This document shows positions 32,098 to 41,684 of a stretch of 42,487 nucleotides of DNA, piece after piece. Positions within the stretch are counted from its first letter, which is position 1, and every line of letters starts with the position of its first letter. Under the pieces are notes generated by a model, which saw nothing but the letters and a program-made list of their open reading frames with translations, did not search any database and was not told where the DNA came from. The position numbers and the translations under genes were made by a program. The DNA is from Anaerolineae bacterium. GTDB lineage: Bacteria; Chloroflexota; Anaerolineae; CG2-30-64-16. The DNA lies in NCBI GenBank assembly GCA_025454635.1, contig JALOOB010000002.1:1-42487 (forward strand). Direction: 5' to 3'.

Positions 32098-32726
32098 ACT
32101 TGCATCACCCGGCGAAGGTTGATCACGGCGCGGTATTGTAGCGCCTTGACTGCCCCTTCAGTTTTTTCCATGATCTCGGCGACCTCGGCGATGCTGAGAT
32201 CTTCCAGGAACCGCAGATTAATCACTTGCGCCTGTTCCTCTGTCAGCTCCGCCAAGGCTGCCCGCAATCTGTCTCGCTCAAATTGCGCTTCTGTCGAATC
32301 AACGGGATCGCCCGTTACCGCCTGAACGGGCGCCGCGTCGTCGAGATCTACGAAGGAAGCCCTTCCCCTGCGTCGGTAGTGGTCGATAACCAGGTTGTGC
32401 GCGATCCGGTAAAGCCAGCCGGAAAAGGAAGTGCGCCAACCGCGCCCCGTACGCACGGCTTCGAGCATCCGCATGAACACCTGACCGGTCAGGTCCTCCG
32501 CAAGATCGGTTGACCCCACCCGGTGATAGATGTAAGCGTAAATCTTTTCAACGTACTGGTCGTAGAGCATTCCGAGCGCGCCCGGCTCAGCTTGAATGGC
32601 CCTCTCCAGGAGGGCTTGCTGCTCGGCCAGGTCCGGGCGCGGTGGCTCTTCGCGCGTCCCATCACCTTTGAAGACGCCAAAGGTGGCAAAAGATAACGCT
32701 CCGACGAGCCAATTTACTAAACTCAT
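32094..32726 (-). CDS. ECF RNA polymerase sigma factor (BldN-like)
   Basis: LYDQY..IYAYIYHRVG...AEDLT, WLYRIAHN, LRFLEDLSIAEVAEIMEKTEGAVKALQYRA. Start uncertain. Confidence 0.92.
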   Translation of the reverse strand: MSLVNWLVGALSFATFGVFKGDGTREEPPRPDLAEQQALLERAIQAEPGALGMLYDQYVEKIYAYIYHRVGSTDLAEDLTGQVFMRMLEAVRTGRGWRTSFSGWLYRIAHNLVIDHYRRRGRASFVDLDDAAPVQAVTGDPVDSTEAQFERDRLRAALAELTEEQAQVINLRFLEDLSIAEVAEIMEKTEGAVKALQYRAVINLRRVMQV

Positions 32727-32757
32727 GTGAAATTCGTGGCCGCCATGGTAGCCACTA

Positions 32758-33339
32758 TCAGGCTGAGTTGGTCGCCCGCCATGTCACCAGGATGCGCTGG
32801 ATCGCCGTGATGCCCGCGAGCACCGCGATGATACCGAGCGCCCAGGTGAGCTGTCCGACGAGCAGGCCGGCGATGAGGACGACAAGCCGCTCGAAGCGCG
32901 TGAAGATCCCCTCCTTACACTGCAAGCCGACGCCTTCAGCGCGCGCTCGCGTATAGCTCACCAGTAAAGACATGGAAAGCGCCAGTACGGCCAGCATGGC
33001 GCCCAGATCGTTGTCAGCTTGAAGCATGACCCATGTGATGGCCACATACATGACTACTTCGGCCCACCGGTCAAGGGTCGAATCGAGGAACGCGCCGAAC
33101 TTCGACGTCTGGCCCAGGAGTCGGGCCAGCGTTCCGTCCACCGCGTCAAAGGCCAGGGTCACGATGAGGAGGATGCCAGCGAGGAAGAGACGGCCTGTCG
33201 CCAAGACGCCGGCTACGGCAACGGTGAGAAGAAACCCGAGGACGGTCACCGCGTTCGGTGTCAGCCCCAGCGATCCGAGGAACCGCGCGATCGGCTCGAT
33301 GATCCGCGCGCTCCAGGCTCTTGCCAGGTTCGCGACCAT
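32758..33339 (-). CDS. CDP-alcohol phosphatidyltransferase (PIP-synthase-like)
   Basis: TPNAVT, DAVDGTLAR...FGAFLDSTLDR, SYTRARAEG, RFER. Confidence 0.9.
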   Translation of the reverse strand: MVANLARAWSARIIEPIARFLGSLGLTPNAVTVLGFLLTVAVAGVLATGRLFLAGILLIVTLAFDAVDGTLARLLGQTSKFGAFLDSTLDRWAEVVMYVAITWVMLQADNDLGAMLAVLALSMSLLVSYTRARAEGVGLQCKEGIFTRFERLVVLIAGLLVGQLTWALGIIAVLAGITAIQRILVTWRATNSA

Positions 33340-33382
33340 AGTGCACGCTCTACAAAGGAGAATACGATTAAAATGCAAATAC

Positions 33383-33411
33383 AATATACATGAAGGTCGC
33401 GCGGCTGTCAA
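33383..33411 (-). promoter_or_regulatory. Sigma70-type promoter
   Basis: TTGACA-N17-TATATT in an AT-rich patch. Confidence 0.7.
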
Positions 33412-33509
33412 CCGCTTGCGGGGCCGCGTGATAGGCATTACAATAGCCGGGCAGTGTTGCGACGACAATTACGTGACGCAACCCGCTAACCCTGCGCAGC
33501 GGTGAGGCT

Positions 33510-34313
33510 GTGTTCGGCAAGAGGTCGTTTCGTTCTTCTTCACCGGTCGGCGCGCCTGCCAGCGCGCCCGCCCTCGACCGCGCAGTCGAGTTGCTGGCCG
33601 CGTCGCGCTACACGATTGCGCTCACCGGCGCGGGTGTCAGCACACCCTCGGGCATCCCCGACTTTCGCAGCGAGCGCTCGGGCATGTGGAAACACGTTGA
33701 TCCGCTCGAAGTGGCCTCGCTGTGGGGCTTCCACGACCACCCGGAACGGTTCTATGATTGGTTCCGTCCGCTCATGAACAAGGCAATGCGCGCCCAGCCG
33801 AACGCGGCCCACCGCGCGCTTGCGCGCATGGAAGCTGCGGGGCGGCTTATGGCCGTTATCACGCAGAACATCGACTCGCTGCACCAGCAGGCGGGCAGCC
33901 GTTGCGTGCTCGAACTGCATGGACACACGCGGACTGCCACTTGCCTGAGCTGCGGCGGTCAGGTGGACGCGGGCCCGTTGCTGCGCGCCGCGCTGAGCGA
34001 GGCGACGCCGCCGCGTTGCGAAGGGTGCGGGGGATTGCTGAAGCCCGACGTGATCCTCTTCGGCGAGCCGCTGCCCTATGACACGGTTACCCGCAGTCAG
34101 GCCGAGGCGCTGCGATGCGACGTCATGCTCGTCGTCGGCACCTCACTCGAGGTCATGCCCGCGGCCGACCTGCCGCTGCTCGCCCGCCGCCGCGGCGCAA
34201 AGCTGGTTCTCGTTAACCTCTCCCCGACCCCGCTCGACGCTGCCATGGACGTCGTCGTGCGCCTCGACGTGGAAGCTGCGCTCGGCCGAATCGCGGCCGG
34301 CCTCGGCGTTTAG
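33510..34313 (+). CDS. cobB: NAD-dependent protein deacylase (Sir2 family)
   Basis: TGAGVSTPSGIPDFR, TQNIDSLH, ELHG, two CxxC, KPDVILFGE, GTSLEV. Confidence 0.93.
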   Translation: MFGKRSFRSSSPVGAPASAPALDRAVELLAASRYTIALTGAGVSTPSGIPDFRSERSGMWKHVDPLEVASLWGFHDHPERFYDWFRPLMNKAMRAQPNAAHRALARMEAAGRLMAVITQNIDSLHQQAGSRCVLELHGHTRTATCLSCGGQVDAGPLLRAALSEATPPRCEGCGGLLKPDVILFGEPLPYDTVTRSQAEALRCDVMLVVGTSLEVMPAADLPLLARRRGAKLVLVNLSPTPLDAAMDVVVRLDVEAALGRIAAGLGV

Positions 34314-34322
34314 CCGACATCC

Positions 34323-35003
34323 ATGCCCGCCCCACGCCGGCCTTCGCTCTACCAGCGCGCGTTCGCGCGCGTCTATGGCTGGGCAACCCTTCGCCTGTAC
34401 GACGAACTCGCCTGGGCGTATGACCCGATTAGCCGCTGGGTCAGCGGCGGACGGTGGGATGCGTGGCGGCGCATGGCGCTCGACTATTTGACGGGGCCGC
34501 GCGTGCTGGAAGTGGGCTTCGGCACCGGCGAACTACTGATAGAGCTGCGCGAACGCGGCTACGAGGTCACAGGCATCGACGCGTCGCGCGCAATGCAGCG
34601 CGTGGCAGGGCGCAAGCTCCGCGCGCGCAGTTGCGCCATTCCCCGCCTCCTCGGCAGCGCGGCCGCGCTGCCCTTCGCGGCTCGTGTCTTCGACTCGATT
34701 GTCTCGACGTTCCCGGCGGGCTACATCCTCGAGGTCGCATCCTTGCGCGAGCTTGCGCGGGTGTTGCGACCCGGCGGCATTTTGGTCATTGCCGGCCTGG
34801 CGGTGGAGCTGCCGACGTCCCTCCGGTTTCCCCTCTCCATCGCGCCCGGCGAGTGGGCCCCTCTGTGGGAGTACTTCGTTCGGGCGGCGGGCGAGGCGGG
34901 CTTGCGCGCGGACGTGAGCTGGCGCGCGGATGGGCCGGCTCGCGTGCCGGTGATCGTTGCGACGCATCAGTTGGCGGAGCTGGGCGATGCGGGGCTTTCC
35001 TGA
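34323..35003 (+). CDS. Class I SAM-dependent methyltransferase
   Basis: VLEVGFGTG, GIDAS, LPF...FD, RVLRPGG. Confidence 0.88.
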   Translation: MPAPRRPSLYQRAFARVYGWATLRLYDELAWAYDPISRWVSGGRWDAWRRMALDYLTGPRVLEVGFGTGELLIELRERGYEVTGIDASRAMQRVAGRKLRARSCAIPRLLGSAAALPFAARVFDSIVSTFPAGYILEVASLRELARVLRPGGILVIAGLAVELPTSLRFPLSIAPGEWAPLWEYFVRAAGEAGLRADVSWRADGPARVPVIVATHQLAELGDAGLS

Positions 35004-35802
35004 CTACCAGGCCGGACGCGGTGACACGCTCGCCGACCTCGCGCCGCTCGCGCCGTGCTTGTCGGGCGACAGTGAGATCGCAGAGACGGGCGAGGGCTTT
35101 CGGCTTGCGGTGCTTTCCGGCGACCGGGACCGTTACAGCAATGCGCAGCTCGATGACTACCGATCGCTGCCGCGGCGGGCGTTTCCGAACCGTCCCCCGC
35201 TTGCGCTCGACGTCCGGGCGCGCTTCTCGAGCGAGCCGGCTTCGTCGGGGGAGGGGCCGGGCCTGCTCGGAACGGCCGGCTTCGGGTTCTGGAACGACCC
35301 GTTCGCGATGAGCGGAGCGCGCGTCCCGATGCTCCCGCGCGCGGCCTGGTTCTTCTACGCCAGCCCGCCCTCCAACATGAAGTTGGATCTCGACACGCCC
35401 GGATGGGGCTGGAAGGCCGCGACCCTGGATACGCTGCGCCCGGAAGCCCTCCCACCGGCGCTCGCCGCGCCCCTGCTCGTTCCTCTGATGCGCGCCCCCG
35501 CGCTGTACCGCCGCGTATGGCCGGGCATCCAGCGCCGCCTGCGCATCGCCGAGGCGCCCATTGTGGGTTCGCGAACGGAGTGGCGGGATTATCGGCTCGA
35601 ATGGGGCGAGCGACTGGCCCGCTTCTTCGTCGACGGTGCGCTGATCCTCGACGCGCCCGCGCCCGTCGGCCCGCTTGGCTTCGTCATCTGGTGCGACAAC
35701 CAGTACATGATTGCCACGCCGCAAGGACGATTCGGCTCCGGCACACTGTCCGCCGGCCCGCAGTGGCTGGAGTGCTCCCATCTCCGCTTTTCCCCTCTGT
35801 GA
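34987..35802 (+). CDS. Hypothetical protein, probable ConA-like/GH16-like beta-sandwich
   Basis: Overlaps the MTase stop; WRDYRLEW...RFFVDG pattern, GTAGFGFWNDPF, VIWCDNQY. Confidence 0.65.
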   Translation: MRGFPDYQAGRGDTLADLAPLAPCLSGDSEIAETGEGFRLAVLSGDRDRYSNAQLDDYRSLPRRAFPNRPPLALDVRARFSSEPASSGEGPGLLGTAGFGFWNDPFAMSGARVPMLPRAAWFFYASPPSNMKLDLDTPGWGWKAATLDTLRPEALPPALAAPLLVPLMRAPALYRRVWPGIQRRLRIAEAPIVGSRTEWRDYRLEWGERLARFFVDGALILDAPAPVGPLGFVIWCDNQYMIATPQGRFGSGTLSAGPQWLECSHLRFSPL

Positions 35803-35825
35803 CTTCTGTCGCGCTTCTGTGTCTA

Positions 35826-35854
35826 TTGACCGATATTAATAGATAAATCATATT
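35826..35854 (+). promoter_or_regulatory. AT-rich candidate promoter
   Basis: TTGACC-N17-CATATT within the most AT-rich local stretch. Confidence 0.45.
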
Positions 35855-35945
35855 TTATGGAACTCGCGCGGTTACCCTTCCGTTTGGCTTTCGTGCGTCG
35901 AACCACTTCGGCACGGCGCCAGCCAGGTGGGGGTGGCAGCAAGGG

Positions 35946-37190
35946 ATGCCAAACGAGGGGCGAGAATCAGCAGGTGCGGGCCGCGCATGGATGACGGGCG
36001 TGGGTGTCGCAGTCGCGCTGTTAGTCACACTGAGTGGGGCGGCATGGACCGCCCGCGCCGCAACCGTCGCCATTCTGCCGCCTCCGCGGCCACTTGCAGG
36101 CTCACAGCCCTTCGCAACGCTCCTGTGCAAGTTCGCCGGCGTTGCTGTTGAGCCGGTGTCGATATCCTATTTCGACCGTCTGATGCTTGAAGGACCGGAA
36201 AGCCTGGATCAGTATTGGCGCGCAATGTCGTCGGGCAGGATCAACGTGGCCGGCAGCCAGGCCTTCGGGTGGTTCGCCATGCCGCATCCGCCCCGCGTCT
36301 ACCGAAACAACGAGCCAGACAGCGCGGAACTCGAAGCGCTCGCGCGCGATTGCAGCGCCGCGGCCGACGCGGATGTCGATTTCACCAGGTTCACGGGTAT
36401 CAACCTCGTCTTCAACGAGTGCCTGCTGCGCCCGCGCGGGGGCGAAATGGCCCTGACTCTTGACGGGGTGCGGCGGCGCTTTCGCGTACTGTGGCTCTGC
36501 CCCGGCGCCTCGGCTGCTCACCAGATCGTCGCGCACGAGATGGGCCACTCCTTTGGCCTCACGCACTCGACAGATGAGGACGGCGACGAATACGGGAATA
36601 CCTGGGACGTCATGAGCGTTGCGGGGTATTGCGCGGGCGAGTCGGACTTCGGTCTCCTCGCGCAAGAGCCAATTGCGTTCAACAAGGATCTGCTCGGCTG
36701 GATACCGCCGGAACGCAAGTTCCGCTCTCCAGGCCGAGAGGCGCGGACCATCGTTCTCGATGCCGCAGACGGCGGGACGGGTTATCTGATCGCTGAAATC
36801 CCTCTGGGTAGGAGCCGGATGTACACGGTGGAGGCCCGCGTGCGCGCGGGGTTCGACGACGCGCTTTCAACCTCCGGCGTGTTGATACACGAGGTAGACT
36901 TCCGTCGTCAGAACAAAGCGCGTTTGGTCTCACCGCAGAGCAACCGCGCAGGGGACGTCGCGGGAATGTTCGGCGGTTGGAGCGCGGGTGCGACGTTTGA
37001 CGACGCAGTGAGCGGTGTGTCGGTGCGGGTGGACGAGGCGTTGGAGAATGGCTTCATCGTCACGATCAGCCAGGGAACCACGCCCGCGCAGATCGTTCGA
37101 TCCGGTGGGCCTGTGCGCCTTGCTCCCCACGCGTCCGGCCAACGAAGTTCTGCATCGAGCCCGATCTGCGGGGATGAGACGCGCAACTAA
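35946..37190 (+). CDS. Secreted zinc metalloprotease (M6/immune inhibitor A-like metzincin)
   Basis: Signal peptide ending ARA; YWRAMSSG, HEMGHSFGLTH, Met-turn WDVMS, KDLLGW, GVLIHEV. Confidence 0.82.
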   Translation: MPNEGRESAGAGRAWMTGVGVAVALLVTLSGAAWTARAATVAILPPPRPLAGSQPFATLLCKFAGVAVEPVSISYFDRLMLEGPESLDQYWRAMSSGRINVAGSQAFGWFAMPHPPRVYRNNEPDSAELEALARDCSAAADADVDFTRFTGINLVFNECLLRPRGGEMALTLDGVRRRFRVLWLCPGASAAHQIVAHEMGHSFGLTHSTDEDGDEYGNTWDVMSVAGYCAGESDFGLLAQEPIAFNKDLLGWIPPERKFRSPGREARTIVLDAADGGTGYLIAEIPLGRSRMYTVEARVRAGFDDALSTSGVLIHEVDFRRQNKARLVSPQSNRAGDVAGMFGGWSAGATFDDAVSGVSVRVDEALENGFIVTISQGTTPAQIVRSGGPVRLAPHASGQRSSASSPICGDETRN

Positions 37191-37247
37191 TCGGACTTGC
37201 GCTTCGTAGTGAAGGGTGTAATCATTGAGCCAGAAGGAGCCCTTCCT

Positions 37248-37787
37248 ATGAACGCAGATCGCACGCGCAGCCTCGCCTCTCTTGCCGTCGGCGCGGGCCT
37301 CATTGCCCTCGGCGCGCTGTTTCTGCTCGGCACGGTCTTCCGGATCAACGTCTGGGGCGCGCTGTGGCCGTTCTTTATCATCGTGCCCGGGCTGTTGTTC
37401 TTCGTGGGCATGTTCGCGCTTGGGAAGCCGGGCGCGCCGCTCGCGGTTCCCGGGAGCATCGTGACGACCGTCGGCCTGATCCTCTTCTTCCAGAACCTCA
37501 CCGGGCTGTGGGCGACGTGGGCATACGCGTGGGCGTTGATCTTCCCGACCGCGGTCGGCATCGGCATCGCGATTGCGGGGCTGTGGGGCGACGACACCAG
37601 CGCCGTCCGCGTCGGCACGGTCATGGCGGGCATTGGCCTGGCGATCCTGCTCTTCTTCGCCTTCTTCTTCGAGGTGATCCTTAACCTCAATGGCTTGCGG
37701 AGCGGCCTGTTCGGGTCGATCATGATCCCGGTGCTAATCATTGGCGCGGGGATCGTCTTCCTGATCTTTGCGCTGCGGCGGCGCTGA
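37248..37787 (+). CDS. Hydrophobic membrane protein (LiaF/LiaI-like TM repeats)
   Basis: AAGGAG SD; GLIALGALFLL, LWPFFIIVPG, PVLIIGAG; about 6 TMs. Confidence 0.75.
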   Translation: MNADRTRSLASLAVGAGLIALGALFLLGTVFRINVWGALWPFFIIVPGLLFFVGMFALGKPGAPLAVPGSIVTTVGLILFFQNLTGLWATWAYAWALIFPTAVGIGIAIAGLWGDDTSAVRVGTVMAGIGLAILLFFAFFFEVILNLNGLRSGLFGSIMIPVLIIGAGIVFLIFALRRR

Positions 37788-37842
37788 TCCCTGCCAAGGG
37801 GAGTTGAACTCACTGATATAGCGCTCACCGCCGTATGATAAT

Positions 37843-37878
37843 ACCGCCACGGACGCGCCGCGCACCGTGGCGGTTTTT
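37843..37878 (+). terminator. Intrinsic terminator-like hairpin
   Basis: ACCGCCACGG-N12-CCGTGGCGGT followed by TTTT. Confidence 0.6.
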
Positions 37879-37910
37879 CGCGTCCGCAATCTTCGCGGAG
37901 GCGCGCTGTT

Positions 37911-39614
37911 ATGGCGATACCGGTCATCCTGGCGGTCGACGACGACGCGGCGATCCTCGCCGCGGTGGAGCGCGATCTGAATGCGCGCTACGGTAGCGAA
38001 TACCGCGTGGTGACTGCGCCGTCCCTCGAAGCGGGCATCGAGGCGCTGACCGAAATGCGCGTGCGGGGCGAGGCCGTCGCGCTCGTCCTGGCGGACCTCC
38101 AGATGCCTGAGCGCGCAGGGTTCGCGCTGTTGCGCGCTGCGAGCGAGTTGGCGCCGGACGCGCGCCGCGTTGCGCTCGCAGCGTTTACGCAGGGCGATGC
38201 GGCGGTCGACGCGCTGGGTGAGGGCGTGTCACATCACACCTGCCTCAAACCGTGGGATCCGCCCGACGAGCGCGTCTTTCCGCTGCTCGACGACCTGCTC
38301 GCAGACTGGGTCGCGTGCTACCGGCCTGTGGAAGAAGCGATCCGCCTCGTCGGCTATCGGTGGTCACCGGACGACAGCGCGCTGCGCGCGTTCATGGCGC
38401 GCAACCAACTCCCGTACCGCTGGGTCGATGCGGGCGACGATGCAACGCGCGGCGAGGCCGAGGCCCTGCTCCACAGCGTAGGCTTAGACGAGGGGGACCT
38501 GCCCCTCGTTATCTTCCCCGACGGAACGCACCTGTCGCAGCCCGAGCCGCGCGCGCTTGCCGAGAAGGCGGGCTTGCAGACCGAGCCGGAAGAGCAGCAC
38601 TACGACTTCGTCATCGTGGGGGCTGGACCCGCCGGGCTTGCGGCAGCGGTCTACGCAGCTTCTGAAGGGCTGACAACGCTCGTCATCGAGCGCGAGGCGG
38701 CAGGCGGGCAAGCGGGGCAGAGCGCGCGCATCGAGAACTATCTCGGCTTTCCGAGCGGGCTGAGCGGGCAGGAATTGACGCATCGCGCGCGGCATCAAGC
38801 CACGCGATTTGGCGCGGAGATTCTCACCGCGCAGGAGGCAACCCGCATCGAGGCGCATGGCCGCTACAAGCGGGTCTTCCTGGGCGACAGTTCCCAGGTC
38901 TCGTGCGAGGCGCTGCTGATCGCCACCGGCGTGCAGTATCGTACGCTTGACATAACGGGGTGTGGCGATCTGATCGGCGCGGGGGTGTACTACGGCGCCG
39001 CGATGAGCGACACGATGTGCGTAATCAATAGCGAGGCGTATATCGTCGGCGCGGGGAATTCGGCGGGGCAGGCCGCGCTCTACCTGGCGCGCCATGCGCG
39101 TCGCGTGACCATCGTCGCACGCGGGGAGGACCTGGACGACAGCATGTCGCACTACCTGATCGACCGTATCGAGAAGGACCCTAAGATTCGCGTGCTCACG
39201 CAGACAGAGGTCGTCGCCGCCTTCGGTCGCCCGGGCGATGAACCCGGGGAGCAACGACTGGACAAGATCACACTGCGCAAGCGCGACACCGGCGACGAGG
39301 AGACCGTCGAGGCGTCGGGCCTGTTCATCTTCGTCGGCGCTGCGCCGCGCACCGATTGGCTGGCTGATCTGCTGCTGCGCGACGAGAACGGCTACGTCCT
39401 CACCGGGCCGGATGTGCTCCGCACGGGCCGCGGGGATCGTCAGGCCGGCGGGAATCCCTGGACGCTTGACCGGCAGCCTCTCTGGCTCGAAACCAGCGTG
39501 CCTGGCATTTTTGCGGCCGGTGACGTGCGCTCCCGCTCGATAAAACGGGTTGCCTCTGCCGTGGGTGAGGGCTCGATGTGCGTGGCCTTCGTCCACGAGT
39601 ATCTGCGGAGCTAA
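37911..39614 (+). CDS. Response-regulator receiver / thioredoxin-reductase-like FAD oxidoreductase fusion
   Basis: GGAGG SD; ILAVDDD, ADLQMP, KPW; GAGPAGLAAA, GGQAGQSARIENYLGFP, GAGNSAGQAA, ETSVPGIFAAGDVR. Confidence 0.9.
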   Translation: MAIPVILAVDDDAAILAAVERDLNARYGSEYRVVTAPSLEAGIEALTEMRVRGEAVALVLADLQMPERAGFALLRAASELAPDARRVALAAFTQGDAAVDALGEGVSHHTCLKPWDPPDERVFPLLDDLLADWVACYRPVEEAIRLVGYRWSPDDSALRAFMARNQLPYRWVDAGDDATRGEAEALLHSVGLDEGDLPLVIFPDGTHLSQPEPRALAEKAGLQTEPEEQHYDFVIVGAGPAGLAAAVYAASEGLTTLVIEREAAGGQAGQSARIENYLGFPSGLSGQELTHRARHQATRFGAEILTAQEATRIEAHGRYKRVFLGDSSQVSCEALLIATGVQYRTLDITGCGDLIGAGVYYGAAMSDTMCVINSEAYIVGAGNSAGQAALYLARHARRVTIVARGEDLDDSMSHYLIDRIEKDPKIRVLTQTEVVAAFGRPGDEPGEQRLDKITLRKRDTGDEETVEASGLFIFVGAAPRTDWLADLLLRDENGYVLTGPDVLRTGRGDRQAGGNPWTLDRQPLWLETSVPGIFAAGDVRSRSIKRVASAVGEGSMCVAFVHEYLRS

Positions 39615-39706
39615 ACCGATTGATGATTGAAGATGACAGATTAGGGGCGTCACTCAGGCGCAGGAATCAGGTCCGATCTGCGATGTTCAATCTTCAATCA
39701 GTTTAG
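39611..39706. repeat. Heptamer-periodic imperfect inverted repeat
   Basis: CTAAACCGATTGATGATTGAAGATG ... TGTTCAATCTTCAATCAGTTTAG. Confidence 0.7.
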
Positions 39707-39822
39707 TCGCGCCTGCCCTCCGCGGCGACCCGTCTCGTGAATTGCCCCTACCTCCGCACAGGCATATAATTGCCCGGTGTCTGGTCCACCCAGCGTATCA
39801 ATCGCTCGCAAAGGAGCAGCGT

Positions 39823-41620
39823 ATGGCTTCCGCATCCCCGCGTTGGGATCTTTCTAACGTCTTTCCCGGCCTCGAGTCACCCGAGTTTGCAGCAGCAATG
39901 GCGCGCTACGAGCAGAAGGTGGGCGAACTCGAGCAGGTCTTCGCCGGACGCGTCGCGGCGCTCGGGCCTGACTCGCCGCGCGCAGAGGTCGCGGCCGCGC
40001 TGGCGGACGTGCTCGCCCGGTTCAACGACCTCGGCGAGCGGGCCGGCACGCTGGGTCCCTATATCGCCTCATTCGTCACCACGGATTCTCGCAACACCTT
40101 TGCGCGGCGGCTTGACTCCGAGTTCGACCTCATAGGCGTCCGTTTTCGCCAGCTCAACACGCGCTTCCAGGCATGGGCCGGGTCGTTGGCGCCCGTTCTC
40201 GACGATCTCATCGCGTCCGAGCCCACAGTCGCGGCGCATACGTTTGTGGTGCGCGAGGCCGCTGAGCAGAGCCGCTACCTCATGCCGCAGGAGCAGGAAG
40301 AACTCGCTGCGGAGCTATCTTTGAGCAGCACGACCCTCTGGAGCAACCTGCAGGGCGTGGTGACCTCGCAGTTGACGTCCGAGTTCGAGTTGGACGGCGA
40401 AGTCAAGACGCTGCCCTTGCCCGCGCTCATCAACCTGCATTCGCATCCCGACGAGGCGGTGCGGCGCCGCGCATACGAGGCGGAGTTGGCGGTGCTCGCA
40501 TCCGCCCGCGAGCCGCTCGCCGCGGCGATGAATGGCATCAAGGGCACGACCAACACGATCAACCGGCGCCGCGGCCGCGCGGACGCGCTGCACCAGGCGC
40601 TCGACGATTCGCGTATCGACCGGGCCACGCTCGAAGCGATGCTCGGCGCGATGGAAGAGTCTTTCCTCACGTTCCGAAAATACTGGCGCGCGAAGGCGCA
40701 CCGGTTGGGGAAGGAGCAACTCCCGTGGTGGGACGTCGCCGTCGGGCGAGAGCAAGAAGGTGTACGGGTGGGAAGAGGCGCGGGCCTTCATCCTCCGGCA
40801 CTTTGCCGGTTTCTCGCCGAAACTTGCGGAGTTGGCGCGGCGCGCGTTCGACGGTGGCTGGATCGACGCGGAGCAGCGGCCGGGCAAGCGCGGCGGCGCA
40901 TTCTGCATGAAGGTGTGGGGGCCGCGCGAGTCGCGCGTCCTGAGCAACTTCGACGGCTCGCTCGACCAGGTCTCGACCCTCGCTCACGAGTTGGGGCACG
41001 CTTTTCATAACGAGTGCCTCTTCGCGGCCGGCAAGCCGCCGCTGCTCGCTGACACACCGATGGTGCTTGCGGAGACTGCATCGATCATGTGCGAGACGGT
41101 CGTGATGCAGGCGGTGCTGGGCGAGACGACCGATCCTGCGGAACAGCTTAACATCCTCGAAACGTCGCTGATCGGCGACGCGCAGGTCATCGTTGACATC
41201 TACTCGCGCTTCCTATTCGAGCGGGAGGTGTTTGAGCGCCGCGAGAAGAGCGAACTGTCGGCCGACGACCTCTGCGACGCGATGCGCCGCGCGCAACTGG
41301 CCACGTATGGCGACGCGCTGGACGAGCGATACCTGCATCCGTATATGTGGACGTGGAAGCCCCACTATTACCGCAGTGAGCTCTCCTTCTACAACTTCCC
41401 GTACGCGTTCGGCCTCCTGTTTGGCACGGGCTTGTACGCAATCTACCAGCAGCGGGGCGAGGCCTTCGTGCCGGACTACGTCGACCTGTTGGCCTCGACC
41501 GGCGAAGGCCCGGCCGCCGAGTTGGCCGCGCGCTTCGGCATCGACATTCGTGATCGCAAGTTCTGGTCGGACAGCCTCGCGGTGATTGGCGAGAAGATCG
41601 ACCGTTACTGCGCGCTCTAG
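39823..41620 (+). pseudogene. pepF: Oligoendopeptidase F (M3B), frameshifted near 40735-40745 (pseudogene or assembly error)
   Basis: AAGGAG SD, RWDLSNVFPG...LPWWD in one frame; GKRGGAFC, HELGH, ETAS, HYY...FYNFPYAFG in another. Confidence 0.85.
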
Positions 41621-41684
41621 CCAAGGCACGGGTTCCTCGTAAGAAACCTGTGTTCCACTCTCAACGCAAAGGACGCATCGCGCA

